From Ramazzottius varieornatus (Eukaryota; Animalia; Tardigrada), in assembly GCA_001949185.1 (NCBI GenBank), contig BDGG01000002.1, positions 8,298,448-8,362,447 on the forward strand: a stretch of 64,000 bases of DNA. Reading direction: 5' to 3'. The position numbers and the translations under genes were made by a program. This document shows positions 40,154 through 52,851 of this stretch, in pieces (position 1 is the stretch's first letter; every line of letters starts with the position of its first letter). The notes beneath the pieces are model-generated. The model ran no database searches and was not told where the DNA came from. It saw nothing but the letters and a program-made list of their open reading frames with translations.

Positions 40154-43100
40154 ATGGAGCTGGAAGTTCGCCGCAGCTCTTGCTCGGAGTCATCTCCCGC
40201 ATCGGAGCTGAGTGTCGAGGTAGACCCGAACTTGACCGAGTCGCACAGCGATGCCGAGCTGCTGCCGTCATCCAAGTCTTCCCCACTTCCTGTGTCCGGT
40301 AACCCGCTAGGAGATGGCCTTGTCAGGACATCCTCGCGCTTCATCGTTTCACGAGTGTCCGAAGAACAGTTGGCCCGATCGGTGGCTTCGTCGAATGCCG
40401 ACTCGGCGGAAAAGCACTCAACTGCACCTGCTTCCGCCCACGGCCACCACAAGTCCACCGCCTCGAAAGGGCCGATAACTCCTGCATCACCTAGTACACC
40501 GGACAAACCTGCTCCGAAACCTCAGGATACTGCAGATGATCCCACGAAGGTGAGTTTTCGCGTGCTGATATCAATTTTGCTGAAATGAATGGGCGATCAA
40601 AAAGCGCCACCTTGATGACGTCTGGGACTGATGAGAACGTTTGACACGCCCCTGCGCGGTTCGGTCCTTCAATTCGGGGATACTAGCACAACCTTGTGTC
40701 TCACGTGGTGTGGGGTGAGCACAGCCTCGATGCATCAATGTTTCTTGTTGCAGGCAGCGGATCCTTCAACAAGTCCCAAACCGGAAGCTGCCTCCGAACG
40801 GGAGCCCTTCATCATCTTAGGTGTTTGTGCCATGGGCAAGAAGGCCAAATCAAAGTACATGACGGAGATTCTGACCAGAATCACCAGTGAGTTCGAGCAG
40901 ATTAAGATGTTGATTTTCAACGAGGCCATGATCCTCAACGAACCCGTCGAAAGCTGGCCACGTTGCGACGCCCTCATTTCGTTCTACTCTGGACGCTTTC
41001 CCTTGGACAAAGCCGCGCAGTACGCCAAACTTCGACAGCCGTTCCTCATCAATGACCTGCAGATGCAGTATGCCATCCAGGACAGGTAACGGAACAATAT
41101 TATACCTATTTCCGGTTCGGTTTCAGCACGGCCTTGTATAGAGCACAGCCCTGTCTCTTAACTGCGCTTCTTTGTTCCGTAGGAGGAAAGTGTACGAAAT
41201 TTTGAAAGCCAGCGGCGTCGAGCTGCCTCGTTACGCCATCCTGGACCGAAGCAGTGCCAACCCGGCTGACTATGCACTGGAAGAGTATGAAGATTACATT
41301 GTGGTGCGCGGACAGCAGTTCAACAAGCCGTTCGTTGAGAAGCCCATATCAGCCGACGACCATAACATCTACATTTACTATCCCGTCTCAGCGGGAAGTG
41401 GCAGTCAACGTCTCTTTCGCAAGGTGGGCTGCATGACTGATAACATATACGGTTGTTGATGTAACTGTTTTTGCTGTGTTTCAGATTGGCACGCGGAGTT
41501 CGGTGTATTCCAACGAGAATAAAATACGCACCACGGGTTCGTACATTTACGAAGAATTCATGCCGACTGATGGAACTGACGTCAAAGTCTACACTGTTGG
41601 TGAGCCAAACACCATATCCATATTTTAGCGAGAAGAGAATCGATGAAAATGCCGAGTGAACTGTAGGTCCCGAATACGCCCATGCCGAAGCGCGAAAGTC
41701 GCCTGCCTTAGATGGCGTGGTGGAACGAGACAAGGAAGGCAAAGAACTGCGCTTCCCCATCATCCTCAACAACATCGAGAAACTAATTGCTCGTAGAGTG
41801 TGCATTGCTTTCAAAGTAATCTAGCCCCCTTTTTTCTCACCGACTAAATTGTAATTTATTACCTCGGCAAATGTACTCGAGAAAATGCATTGACAAAATG
41901 TATCGTTTTCCAATGTGGTACACGTTTTCGGTGTTATAAGCTGCAAGCGTGCGCCACTTGGAGAAACAGTTTTGTCGAGTTTCCAAGTGACGCACATTTA
42001 CATGTTATTGGTCGGAAACGTGCGCCACTCTATAACACGACCCTGCCGACTTTGTTTGCCTAGTCCCATTCAAGTGTTCTTGTTCTTTTCAGCAAACGGT
42101 GTGTGGCTTCGATCTACTTCGAGCCAACGGTCGTTCCTACGTCTGCGACGTTAACGGCTTTTCCTTTGTGAAGAACTCCATGTTTTACTACAATGACTTC
42201 GCAAAGATCCTGGCCAACATCATTTTGCGAAGACTGGCTCCGGAGATGCACATCCACTGGTCCATGCCGTACCAGCTGGAGGACCCACCCATCGTCCCCA
42301 CCACCATTGGACGCATGATGGAACTGCGCTGTATGGTCGCCGTCATTCGGCATGGCGACCGTACACCCAAACAGAAGATGAAGATGGAGGTAAGACCAAG
42401 TTGTGTCCAAGTTATTGGTTTCTTCCAATGTTTAATTTTATTCCCTTTGTTTCCGCAGCTACGACATCCGAAATTCCTTGCTATGTATAAACAGGTTGGC
42501 AAGGATTTTAAGTTCCTACTATTCTCTTTTGGTCGGTCGAACTCGAATTACGGTTTGCTTGTAGTTTGGCGGGAAGTTTGATAATGACGGGAGGGAAATC
42601 AAGCTGAAGCGACCCAGTCAGTTACAGGAAGTACTCAATGTCGTTCGCGACCTCCTAAGCAACCACCGCAGTGAGATTCCCATCAAGGAAGCTAGACCAA
42701 AGCTGATCCAGCTGAAAAGCGTCCTGGAAATGTACGGACATTTTAGCGGTATCAACCGGAAGTGCCAGATCAAATACCAAGCCCTTGATCCTTCTCTTCC
42801 CAAACCAGGTAAGCCGACTTACCGCATGCAACAATTCACCAATCATAATGAAGCATCTTTCGAGTGTGAAAAGTAGTCTGGCTTTGCTTCAGTAATTCAG
42901 GCTGTCCCTTTGGTACGACTAAATAGAAATGATGGAGAGCCATATGGGTCGGTCAGGTAAATGGTGCCTGGTTTCTATCCGCATGTGCCATATCAACGGT
43001 ATAGGCTTACGGAATAGAAACCAGGCTTCGGGTACCTGACGCGTCTGTACAACCAACGTTGGTTTCTATTTTCAGTGGTCCATATTGGCCAGAATAGTCT

Positions 43101-46100
43101 GACGGTGGTTTTTGATGCAGAAGATGCAGCGCCAGTCGATGCGGACAGCCCCGATGGACACTTGGTGCTGATCATGAAGTGGGGTGGAGAGCTGACGCCA
43201 TTGGGCAAGTACCAGTCAGAGCAGCTGGGTCAGATGTTCCGCTGCATGTATCCCGGTTCCAACGGGGCTTCGGCCAAGAAGGGCCACGGTCTTCTGCGTC
43301 TACACAGCACGTTTCGTCATGACCTGAAGATTTACGCTTCGGATGAAGGCCGTGTCCAGACGACCGCAGCTGCTTTTGCCAAGGTAAGGTCCCCGTCAAA
43401 TTCCTTGTATCTTTCTGTGTGTCCGATAAATCCGTTTCTTCGTAGGGATTACTGGCTTTGGAAGGCGAGTTGACGCCTATCCTGGTGCAGATGGTCAAAA
43501 GCGCCAATACCAACGGCTTGTTGGACAGTGACGTGGCTGCCCAAGACTTCGAGAAATCGTAAGTTAATTCTCACAATTATAAAAATCTCAAGTGACTTCC
43601 GGTTGACGAACTTGTCTATTTTTGTTGAACTTCCAGCTTTTGCTTCATTGTTTGATAAGAAGAAACCGACATTAGAGTGTTCGTTTGTAGGGTGAAGAAG
43701 AGGTTAAAGGCTATCCTGAAGCAGAATAAAGATTTCGACCAGAGCGATATTCAGGCGTTGAACCCTACTGAGTCCACAGCCATCACAGCCGCTATGGAGA
43801 CTGTCAAGAACCCCGTCACGGCCTGCGAAGAAATCCATAAAGGCATCAAAGGACTAAACGTCGCCATCCGTGAAAAGATGGCAGCGCAAAGCGCCGAACG
43901 TAAATTCCAGCAAGAATAATAACTTCTTTCTGCAGCTTCCAGAGTTAACGGCTTTATCTTCGAGCTGACGCTTTTTGTTTTGGTAGTACCCACGTTGTAC
44001 ACAGGTGAATCGTGGGAACTCCTCCAGCGTCGCTGGGGTAAGCTAGAAAAGGACTTCCGGGTGGGCGAGGGTGAGTTTGACATTACGAAGATCCCGGACA
44101 TTTACGACTGCATCCGCTTCGACATGCACCACAATCAGTGGATCAGTCGGCTGCCCTTCGCCCAGCACATGTATATTGTCGCCCGCAGCCTGGCTGAGAT
44201 TGTCGTCCCACTGGAGTACGGTATCTCGGCAGCCGAAAAGATGTCCATCGCTCAAGGTAGTTTGTTTTTGCTCGCTAGTTACATCAGTCTTTTTCTTACA
44301 AAAGTATCGGAAAAGACCTTGCTCAACACCAACCTGTGGCAGGTTTCTGTTGGGTTTTCGTAGGGCAAGGGTTGAAATTAATGGCTAAACTGGAAGGCTG
44401 GCATTCGAACTGTACAAGATGTTCGCCCTTCAAGTGGCGCGCGTTACCGGTTGGTAACAATGGCAGTGTGCGCCACTTGGCATTCGAACCGTACAAGATG
44501 TTCGCCCTTCAAGTGGCGCGCGTTACCGGTTGGTAACAATGGCAGTGTGCGCCACTTGGGAACTCGACAGGTTCGCTTCCCAGGTGGCGCACGTTGTCAG
44601 CCGTACGCCCCTTGAAATAGCGACTTTGTGCGTTTCTTTTGCCGAATTCTCAGTTGGTCAAGAAACTTGGCCGATCGACCATATTCAACTGTCACTGAAC
44701 ACTAGCTTGGCTTTTCCTCGAAGGTATCTGTTCGCCGCTGTTGTGGAAAATTCGCGCCGACTTGAACCAAGTGACGACGTACAGTAATGCCAGCACGGTG
44801 CAGGACGCCGATCCGGAGAACGGCAATCGACTCAACCCCCGATACGAAGCACCGTAAGCTCCTGTCAAAACCTTCTTTCATCTTACTACCCCACACTTGT
44901 CCGTTTGCTGCTGCTGTATCTGTTGGATAAAGCATCTTGTTTTGTAGGTATGGTAAAGCGCAAGATGGCCGATCAGTTCGAAGCCGCCTCTACTTCACAA
45001 GGTAACAGATTGAGAATAACAAGCATGATATTTTTCTGAAATGGGTCGCCAAAGTTAGCATTTGTTGTCGTTTTAGTGAAAGCCACATTCATTCGCTGGT
45101 GAACATGCTGAGGTTCGGCGGCTTATTTGCTGTGTGTACGATATCCCTTTCCGATTCCTTGCCCATCGTCAAACCTCGGCTGTAATGAAATGTGTTTCGT
45201 AGGATGATGACGCACAATGGGCGCGAGCGCGAGAGCATCTGGCCGCCGTGCCGGAGCTGAACTTCCTGACGCAGATCGTCATTATGCTGTACGAGGACAC
45301 CAGCAAGGAACCCGAGTCGGACGAGCGCTTCCATGTCGAGATCCACTTTAGCCCCGGCATGATCGACAAGGGCGACGGCGGTGAGCGCGACTCGCTGAAG
45401 AACGGCGGACTGTCGCGACGCAACTCGGTTCAGCAACAACCCAACGGCGTCGTTGAGGCCTTGGCTCTCGAAGAAGGCAAGAAACCGGCCAGTACTTCCC
45501 GACAATTCTCCTACGCCGAAGGTAATGCCCACAAAGATGATCTCGCTTCCTAGGCGGGTGGAAAGAATGAAAGCACAGACAATCCCAGGATCGTTTATAT
45601 TAGTGGCGCACGTGTTGAGTATAGTTGGCATGAAGCGTGCGCCACTCGAAACGATCCTGTCGACATTGATTATATGCAGCAGTGGCGCACGGTTTCAGTA
45701 TTGTTAGCTGAAAGTTTGCGCCACTTGGGAAACCAATCTTGTCGACTTTTGTTTGTATACTTCCCGAATATGGGCAAGTGGCTTACGTTGTCGTCTTTCT
45801 GCGGTAGATGTAACGGATAGTTCAGCCACGATCAACTACCCAAAGACCAAGCGCGATCGCTTCCTGTCTAAAGTGATGGAAAGCGGACTGGTAACCAACA
45901 AGATTTTCAGTACGGCCGTCATCCGAGGCATCAGCGCCGACATGGCCAACACTGCTACCGAACCGAACGATGGTAAGGAAACTCACTTCCGAACACACTC
46001 GATCATTTTGGCTCACGCAAACAGCGCGCCAGAATCGTTCCCCAAGTGGCGCACCTTTTCAGCATGAACACTGGAAACGTGCGCCACTTGGCAAATCGAC

Positions 46101-46557
46101 CAGATTATGCTTCCAAATAGCTCACTGTTCCTACCGATACCATCGAAGAGATGCGTCACTTGGGAAAATAGTCTTGTTGAACTTGCTGAGCTTCCAATTG
46201 TGCTCAAACAAGTGCATCTTAACAGATACAATGAGCTTCCGAGTGCCCAACGTCTGGCCTCTGGAGACGCTGCACAACGCCCTCAGTTTCAAAAAGCTGG
46301 ACGTCTTTTTCCGGGCCATCTTGGAGGGCAGCAGACCGGCCGGGTCGACGGGTGCGCCGGTCGAGCACAGAAAGTCCATCGACGCTTCCGCACCCTCGGT
46401 CACCTTCTCTGGCGAACTGTCCGAGTCGTGGACCATGGACCATGTCAGTGACAGGCCGTCGGACACGAGTCAACTTCAGCCGGCCATCTCGGTGAACGTC
46501 CCTCCACTTCCGGCTGCATCTTCACCGGCAAAGAATGATCATCAGAGCTCGAAATGA
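40154..46557 (+). CDS. PPIP5K: Inositol hexakisphosphate/diphosphoinositol-pentakisphosphate kinase (PPIP5K/Vip1), many exons
   Basis: Kinase domain [80 protein letters not shown]. Phosphatase domain [67 protein letters not shown]. Start codon less certain. Confidence 0.95.
41911..42031. repeat. Intronic palindromic cluster 14 (2 units) in PPIP5K
   Basis: CAATGTGGTACAC-N25-GTGCGCCACTTG-N23-CAAGTGACGCAC-N24-GTGCGCCACTCT. Confidence 0.88.
44399..44614. repeat. Intronic palindromic cluster 15 (3 units, includes a near-perfect 79-bp tandem duplication) in PPIP5K
   Basis: GGCATTCGAACYGTACAAGATGTTCGCCCTTCAAGTGGCGCGCGTTACCGGTTGGTAACAATGGCAGTGTGCGCCACTT occurs twice (1 mismatch), then CAGGTGGCGCAC-N~10-GTACGCCCCTTG. 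Confidence 0.92.
45600..45727. repeat. Intronic palindromic cluster 16 (2 units) in PPIP5K
   Basis: TTAGTGGCGCAC-N25-GTGCGCCACTCG ... GCAGTGGCGCAC-N25-TTGCGCCACTTG. Confidence 0.88.
46043..46162. repeat. Intronic palindromic cluster 17 (2 units) in PPIP5K
   Basis: CAAGTGGCGCAC-N24-GTGCGCCACTTG-N~23-CAAATAGCTCAC-N25-ATGCGTCACTTG. Confidence 0.88.
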
Positions 46558-48576
46558 TTTTTCATTCAATTTTTTCCAATGAATAGATTTTTTTCTGAAT
46601 GCAAGTGGCTTATTTCTCTTTTCGTTGCTCGTTAATTTGTATTTCTTGCAGTTTTTGAATGATTTTCCGGTTTTTCGGCACGTGAAAGTGACCGGTGGCA
46701 TAAATGAAATTGCCAGTAACTTTTTTGTTGGCTTATGGTGTTTACACATTGAAAACCAGTGCTTTCTTAATACTAGAGGCAACTGTCTTTTCCCAAAGTG
46801 GAAAGCGAGGCTCGTATCACTTGGCTACCGTCGTTGTAGTTGGTAGTCTCCAAGTTAGAGACTCTGCAGACGGACAGATATGCGTTATATGCATTCCTTC
46901 CCAGTTTTCAGTTTCCTGTTAGGAACACGGACTGAAAACGTCTACAGTAATTGCAACTGGAAATCGGGAAACGAACCCAAAATGAAGAGCGCAAAGGAGT
47001 TGCATCTTGCACACGCAGAAGAGAAACTATGGGCCAGGCGGAGAAGACGGCAAAATGGAAATTCAACCGTAGAAAAGTGTTAAGAAGTATATTACTGTGG
47101 ATCGGTCACGTACGTACGAGCATCCGTACCGCCGTAGCGAAAAGGCCTGTCCCCTAATTTTTACTGGCCCATAATTTATCTTCGTGCGTGTACTGCAATG
47201 TGTGGTATAATAATGATAATAATAATATCCTTTATTAAGGCATGGTACACCTGAACAATTCGTACCCACATTAAACTGAAACGAAACGATTTGCTCGGTT
47301 CGCGACTATCGATCCCCTTCGCAGTGTGTCAACCTTGTATCCGTGTTAAGGATTTGTTGTTGCTTTACTTTTTGCCAGTTTGTACGCTTTGTCGCAGGAG
47401 ACGAGGCCATAGATTTCGTTCCCGGCGAGCATGACCGTTTAACCCCATTTCGCCACACAGGGATCGAAATCGGTGTCGCGCAGACATTCGGTACTATAGT
47501 ACTACCTACAATCACTTATCACATTCCCTATGATATTTTCTAAGTTTACTTTCTTTCTGGACATTATTTTACGGCAAGTCGCTGTTTACCAAAAACTTCT
47601 GAAACAGCATATCGAAACGACAATGGCCGTGCAAAATGCAAATCGCACATCGACAAAGCTGGACATCTTAGCAGCAGTATTACACGGGTTATGTCCACAG
47701 ATGCAGTTAACGTTCCCTCCCCTGAATTCCGAACAGCGGTCTTCCCCGGTAATAGCAGCACATTGTCGCTCCACCCTACCTACCAAACACAAAAAGTAGG
47801 TCAAGGCTACGTGCACGGCTTGCCGCTGCCTTTGCTACCTGTACTGTTCGTGACAATCCGGTTCCCTAAGTGTACAGCTTTCCACTCTGCCTTTTGGCTA
47901 GGTCCATGTCCTACATACGACTACTGAAGCAAAGTGGTTTCAGCGTTTGGCGGCTCACAAAAGTAATTATTTTTCAAGGCATAAAAATTTTCAAGGTTCA
48001 GAACACAAAGCAAACTCTGGGACCTGGAAGTACAGTGCCACGGTAATTTCCTTGTCCTTTGACTCTCTCGATATACTGCACCTGGCTCCCAAACTCAACA
48101 AAGTGCATTCCTGCTCCGTAAAAAGTACTCCCTGTCGTGCAATGACAAGGTCCGATGTCGTTATGCTTCAAAGGTTTTGTCGAGGTCGTGCACCTAGCAA
48201 TAAGCAGTCTGAAACGCAGTTAATCCAATAGAAGAGAGTGCCACAGGCCGTGCATGGAGACAAGGCAGCGGCAGGCTGTGCACCGAGTCATTAGGCAAGA
48301 AATAAGTTCCGACAGAGTGAAACAATAGAGAGGTTGATATTTGACTTGATGAGTGTTTAGCACAGGTTTAGCAGTGAGCAAGCTCCGCCCCCTGGCTACA
48401 CTAAACCAGCAGAGGTTGCGACTTGCACTACGCAAACTCGTGATTAGCATACCTCACGTACGTACGCGTTCGATAAATTTTTAATTTTAGTTTTCGCCTT
48501 ACCATTAACTGTAGGTTTGCCCTACTTTCAGTCTTTCACTGTGTAGTTTGCGCCTTTCGTTACGGAGAGTTATGTT

Positions 48577-49284
48577 CAAAGCTACAGTCAAGGCTACCGC
48601 AGACGTTCCCATGCACCTTTTGCTCAGGCGTCGCTGCGAGGTCCGAAGTGTCTAAGTGGGCGAGACTGGCAGGGGGACCCCACATGGATTCTTTGTGGTT
48701 AAACAACCATCAAACCTGCTCATTGACTTAGATACTTCGGACCCCGCAGCGACACCTGCGTGTCCTTGTGGCTAGCATGTTAAAGCTGCAGTTTGAGATG
48801 CTGTCTCTAAGTAGCACAAGGCGACAGTTGACTTTTACATTGAGACTGGGAATGAAGCTGCAGTTGAGCATACAGTGTAAAGCTGCAGTTAACCTCAAAG
48901 TAGAGCCAAGTACCAAGGCTACAGTTAAAGGACTCACAGCAGTGACAGCACGTAGAATTCCACAAGGCTGTACATAAAGCTACAGTTGATGGTATCGTTA
49001 GCTTTACCATAACACACTGAAAAATGCATCTTCAGTAAGTTATCGTAGCGAAGGTTGTAGCATCGCACTTCTCGCTGGGATCCGTTGAAGGCGTCCATAG
49101 CGATCTTGAAATTTTTCCAGCCGGCCTGAGCGGTATTAAATATCGGCTTCTTCTCCTCGATTTCGTTACATAAAGCAATCTCTTCTTCCAGACTGAAGTC
49201 CCTCCGTGGTTTACCTGAGCTGGAAGTTTCTGCGATAGACAAGTTATGAGCGTCTGACCCATCGACAGCGATCGACTCGTCCAT
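48577..49284 (-). mobile_element. Probable PIF/Harbinger remnant: Myb/SANT-like ORF plus repeated AAGCTRCAGTT motifs
   Basis: ORF 48934-49284 has RRDFSLEEEIALCNEI...AGWKNF...RCYNLRYDNL, a Myb/SANT-like pattern. About 6 copies of A(A/G)GCT(A/G)CAGT at 48578-48987. No transposase or TIR identified. Confidence 0.5.
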
Positions 49285-50492
49285 CGTTATGACTGATATC
49301 GAAAACTATGGAAATACACAGAAAACGTTTTGAAGTCTCCGTTCGAAAATTTCGAAGTCTTTCCGGAGAGTAGACGACGGTGAAAATTCACCGTGTTGCC
49401 CTAAAATTCGTGTTACCGACAGTAGTTTATGTCCCGGAGAGAAATAGCTGAATTGCTATGCAAGCTCCACTAAACATCGGAATAGCGTCCCGTATGCGCT
49501 ATGCAAAGTTCAGAGCTTGCATAGCATGGTGGGTACAATCAGTTCAAGCCCGCCTCCGTAGTCTATTCCGATTGGCTCGTTGCTGTGCTAAATCTGCGCT
49601 AAACACTCATCAAGTCATATATCAACCTCTCTAATATCACTCCTAGTGTGTTCACTGCAGTGTAGGCGTTGCTGCAACTCGACGGCGCGCCAATTTTATC
49701 GAATTTAACGGGACTAGCAGGTTGCGAAAGAATACGTCGAAAATCGGAAGTTCTTGTACGAGACCTTCGTAGACCTTCTTCCGATTTTTACGGATTTTCT
49801 CTGATTTCCCGGTTATGTTTTTGGTCTTGTCATATATTATGTCATGTTGCTTGTCATGTCATGCCCTGAAAGGCGTGGCCCCTCATGCTGTATGATATGA
49901 CATGACACGACACGCCAGCGGTTCCAATCAACCACAGCTTGATTTCTGACTGATCGGCAAATTGGGTAGCTAACCAATTTGCCGACCTGCTTTCCGCCTC
50001 CGTACACTTTGTTTCTTCCGGGCCTCGTGTCTCAGATACGTCTACCAGTGGTCATCTACCAGTGGTCAGCCCAGAAAGATCAGTAGCATCGTTCTGACGT
50101 CACGATCCACTAAAAATTCAACGACAAACAACGGTAGGTCATTGGCCATGGTCACAAGGTCCCCCCCCCTCGTGCACATCGAAAGTCCGTTTCAATTTCT
50201 GGAATCAATGAGGCAAGTCATTTCTTTCGAATTCAGCGATTTTGCGAATTTTGCGAATCTTAGAACTTTGACGTTCATAATTCCTGTCCGAACAACTGGA
50301 TGCTTCGCAGATGCATCAAAAGTATGATACTAGCAGCAACTAAACGGAGTAAACGCCGTCAGCGCGTATATGCAGACAAGTTTTGTAAGCTGTCGTTCAT
50401 GACACAGACAACGGAAAATGAGCAAACTGAGAACTGCGTCGCCGTGGCTTCATTCTCACGAGCACATTCCAGTCACTCTCTCACGAAGCTCA

Positions 50493-52851
50493 CGAGAGGA
50501 TTATGCTTGTCCTCCGCCTTTCTGAAATATTCTGACAAGTTAGAACGACGGAGAAGAGTCTGCTCTATCGTCTGAAACAGGCATAGCTTGCGCAAATGAA
50601 ATCCTAGAAGACACTCCAGGAACCGGAAGTGACGTCAAATCTGGGCGGTACATGGTTTATTCAATCAAGCGGTTTCATTTCAGTGTTATTGATTCGCTAT
50701 TGATTAACAAAGTTGTGCTGCTTTAGAATATAAGCTAATCACTTGTGCTGAGAAGTTTTCTTTCCTCTCTTTTGCTCCTCCCGATAGCGCCATGGAATCC
50801 GTCAATCCCCTTAACATCTCAAACCTACTGATGTCGGACTACGAGCAACATTTCCAACTGAGCGACTCTCCGAGCGAATCTGACACGATGTTGAAGACAC
50901 TCATCAAAGGTACGAGTACTGTAAACTTCTACAAATATGTCGATTTCCTAAAGCATATCTCAGGTTTGGTCTTGTGCTTACAGACTTCTTGGACGTCCAG
51001 ATCGACCAAGCTGGAAGTCCGATATCGGCCACTGAAGAAGATCTTCAGTATGAGCTCCGGATTGGCGTGTCGACGTTCGATCAGCTGGAAAAGTCTATCG
51101 CTGAAACCAACCTGTTCCATGGACATAGCGAAGCAGACTTTGAATCCACTCCGAATGATCGCCTTACCTAACCTGCTTCAAATGGAACAGAACCTTCTTC
51201 CTATGGGCTGTTTGTACCCCGAATCACCAATCCGAAAGCGGCACCAAACCAGGCTGCTGATTTTGCCTACATTTACCTACGTGCTGTTGGTCACTGGACC
51301 AATGTCTCTTCCAGGAAGCGTCGTAGCCTGGCCAGTGTGCAGGACAAATTTAGGAAAGTCACCAGTACTCGCCAGCTGAGAGAATGGAGAAATCACGTTG
51401 GAGAAGTAGGCTCGCGGATCGATGAGCTGAAAGCGATACGACTGGAGACAGAAGAGAATTTCTCCCATGCCAAGCAAAAGCCTAACGTAGTGAAAGATCT
51501 GGATATTCAGCAGTGGGCAGTTACAGCCAACCGTGAGATTGGGCTTTCCGGTTTCACAGCTTCTTATTGGGTTGGAAAATTCAAAAAGTAAGGATAATGC
51601 CAGGCATGATCATTTACTCAATAACGTTCAAGTTTTTGACGTTTATGGTCTGATCGCTCGTTTTTAGATACTATAGCATCTGCGACAGAGAATCGCGAAG
51701 TTTATCACCGAAAAGTACCTGAATGAAGTACCGGACAGGAAGAAAAGTGCCGATGAGTGCGTTGCTGTAGTCAGAGAAAGAATCCAGGCGTACGGGAAAG
51801 ACAGTCTGTGGAATGCTGATCAGAGTGGATTCGAGTAAGAGATGAGACCAGGTCGAACTCTGGATTTCGTCGGTGCAAAGCACGTTTTAGCACTCACACA
51901 GTCTCATAATTTGATGATTCACAGCTACACGGTTATGATGTGCGTTTCACCAGGTGTTCGCAAGTTTCTGCCTGTTATCTTCATCACGCTGCAAGAACCT
52001 GAAGGAATCTTCGGACCACTTGTGAAAAAGTCCATGTTTAAAGCTAGTAACCTGCATGTCACCGCTTCCACGTCTGGCAAGATGACCAAGGAGCTCTACA
52101 TCGAATGGTGCGAGAAGTTTTCTTTCCGTACATGAATCAGCACTGTATATTTCTTGCTGATTCTTGGTCGAAGTTTTCTGACCAAGAAGTCGTAGATGAA
52201 GTCAAACCGGAAGAACTAGAATATGAAACGATCACTATACCACCTAAAGTAACCGGTCAGATTCGGCCACTGGACGTTCTTTGCTTCCGGATGTACAAGG
52301 GGTATTTCAGGAAAGTTACGAACTGGATAGTCATGAACAATCGGCCTGTTCAAGTCCACCATCGGGACGTCATATTGAAAATGCATTCACTGATTTACCA
52401 GCAGTTTACTTCTCCTAGATTTTCTAACCTCATTGCTCAAGCTTGGCATTTGTCAGGTTATGTCGACAGGTCCGTAGAATATCTTGACCCCACAGAATTC
52501 TGTTTCCAAGGACTGACTGGTCGTTGCGACCATGATAAATGTGAGCGTTCGTTGCTTCTAAAATGTGAACGGTGTAAAACACCTCTATGCTTCCACCACT
52601 TTTACGAAGAATATCATTTCTGTAAGATTTACCTTCCTTTACAATCAAGTTGAGTTTCGTATAATACGTAAGTTCGATAAAATCAATAGGTGTGTACCGC
52701 CCAGATTTTGACGTCACTTCCGGTTCCTGGAGTGTCTTCCAGGATTTCATTGCGCAAGCTACGCCTGTTTCAAACGATAGAACAGACTCCTCTCAATCAT
52801 TCTATTATGTCAGGATATTTCAGAAAGACGAAGGACAAGCGTAATCCCTCG
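50493..52851 (+). mobile_element. Tc4/Tc5-like (pogo-related DDE) DNA transposon with ~160-bp TIRs, defective
   Basis: TIRs 50493-~50652 and ~52694-52851. Flanks C-TCA|CGAG...CTCG|TCA-G are a TCA duplication in a CTNAG target. Confidence 0.88.
50792..52653 (+). pseudogene. Intron-containing DDE_1 transposase pseudogene with C-terminal Cys/His finger
   Basis: Motifs WNADQSGF, RPGRTL, HSYT, LQE..G.FG, SGKMTK, LADSW, IPPKVTGQIRPLD, then CDHDKC...CERCKTPLCFHHF...HFC. Introns ~50910-50983 and ~51588-51668. Stops at 51169 and ~51836, plus frameshifts. Confidence 0.85.

Noticed and set aside
44581-44592. Similarity of the arm to CTCF (AGGTGGCGC), NK2 (CAAGTG), Smad GGCGC or tRNA A-box motifs
   Set aside because: Matches are short and partial, and no B-box or full CTCF core accompanies them. 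No factor can be assigned from sequence alone.
16530-46231. Recurring peptide motifs KWRT, QVAH, CATW, RAPL, VRHL in many ORF-track entries
   Set aside because: They are six-frame translations of the intronic palindrome, not a protein domain.
49825-49985. CATGT-rich small inverted repeat and a 31-bp hairpin (similar CATGT run at 32780-32820)
   Set aside because: Probably MITE remnants; no boundaries or TSD definable.
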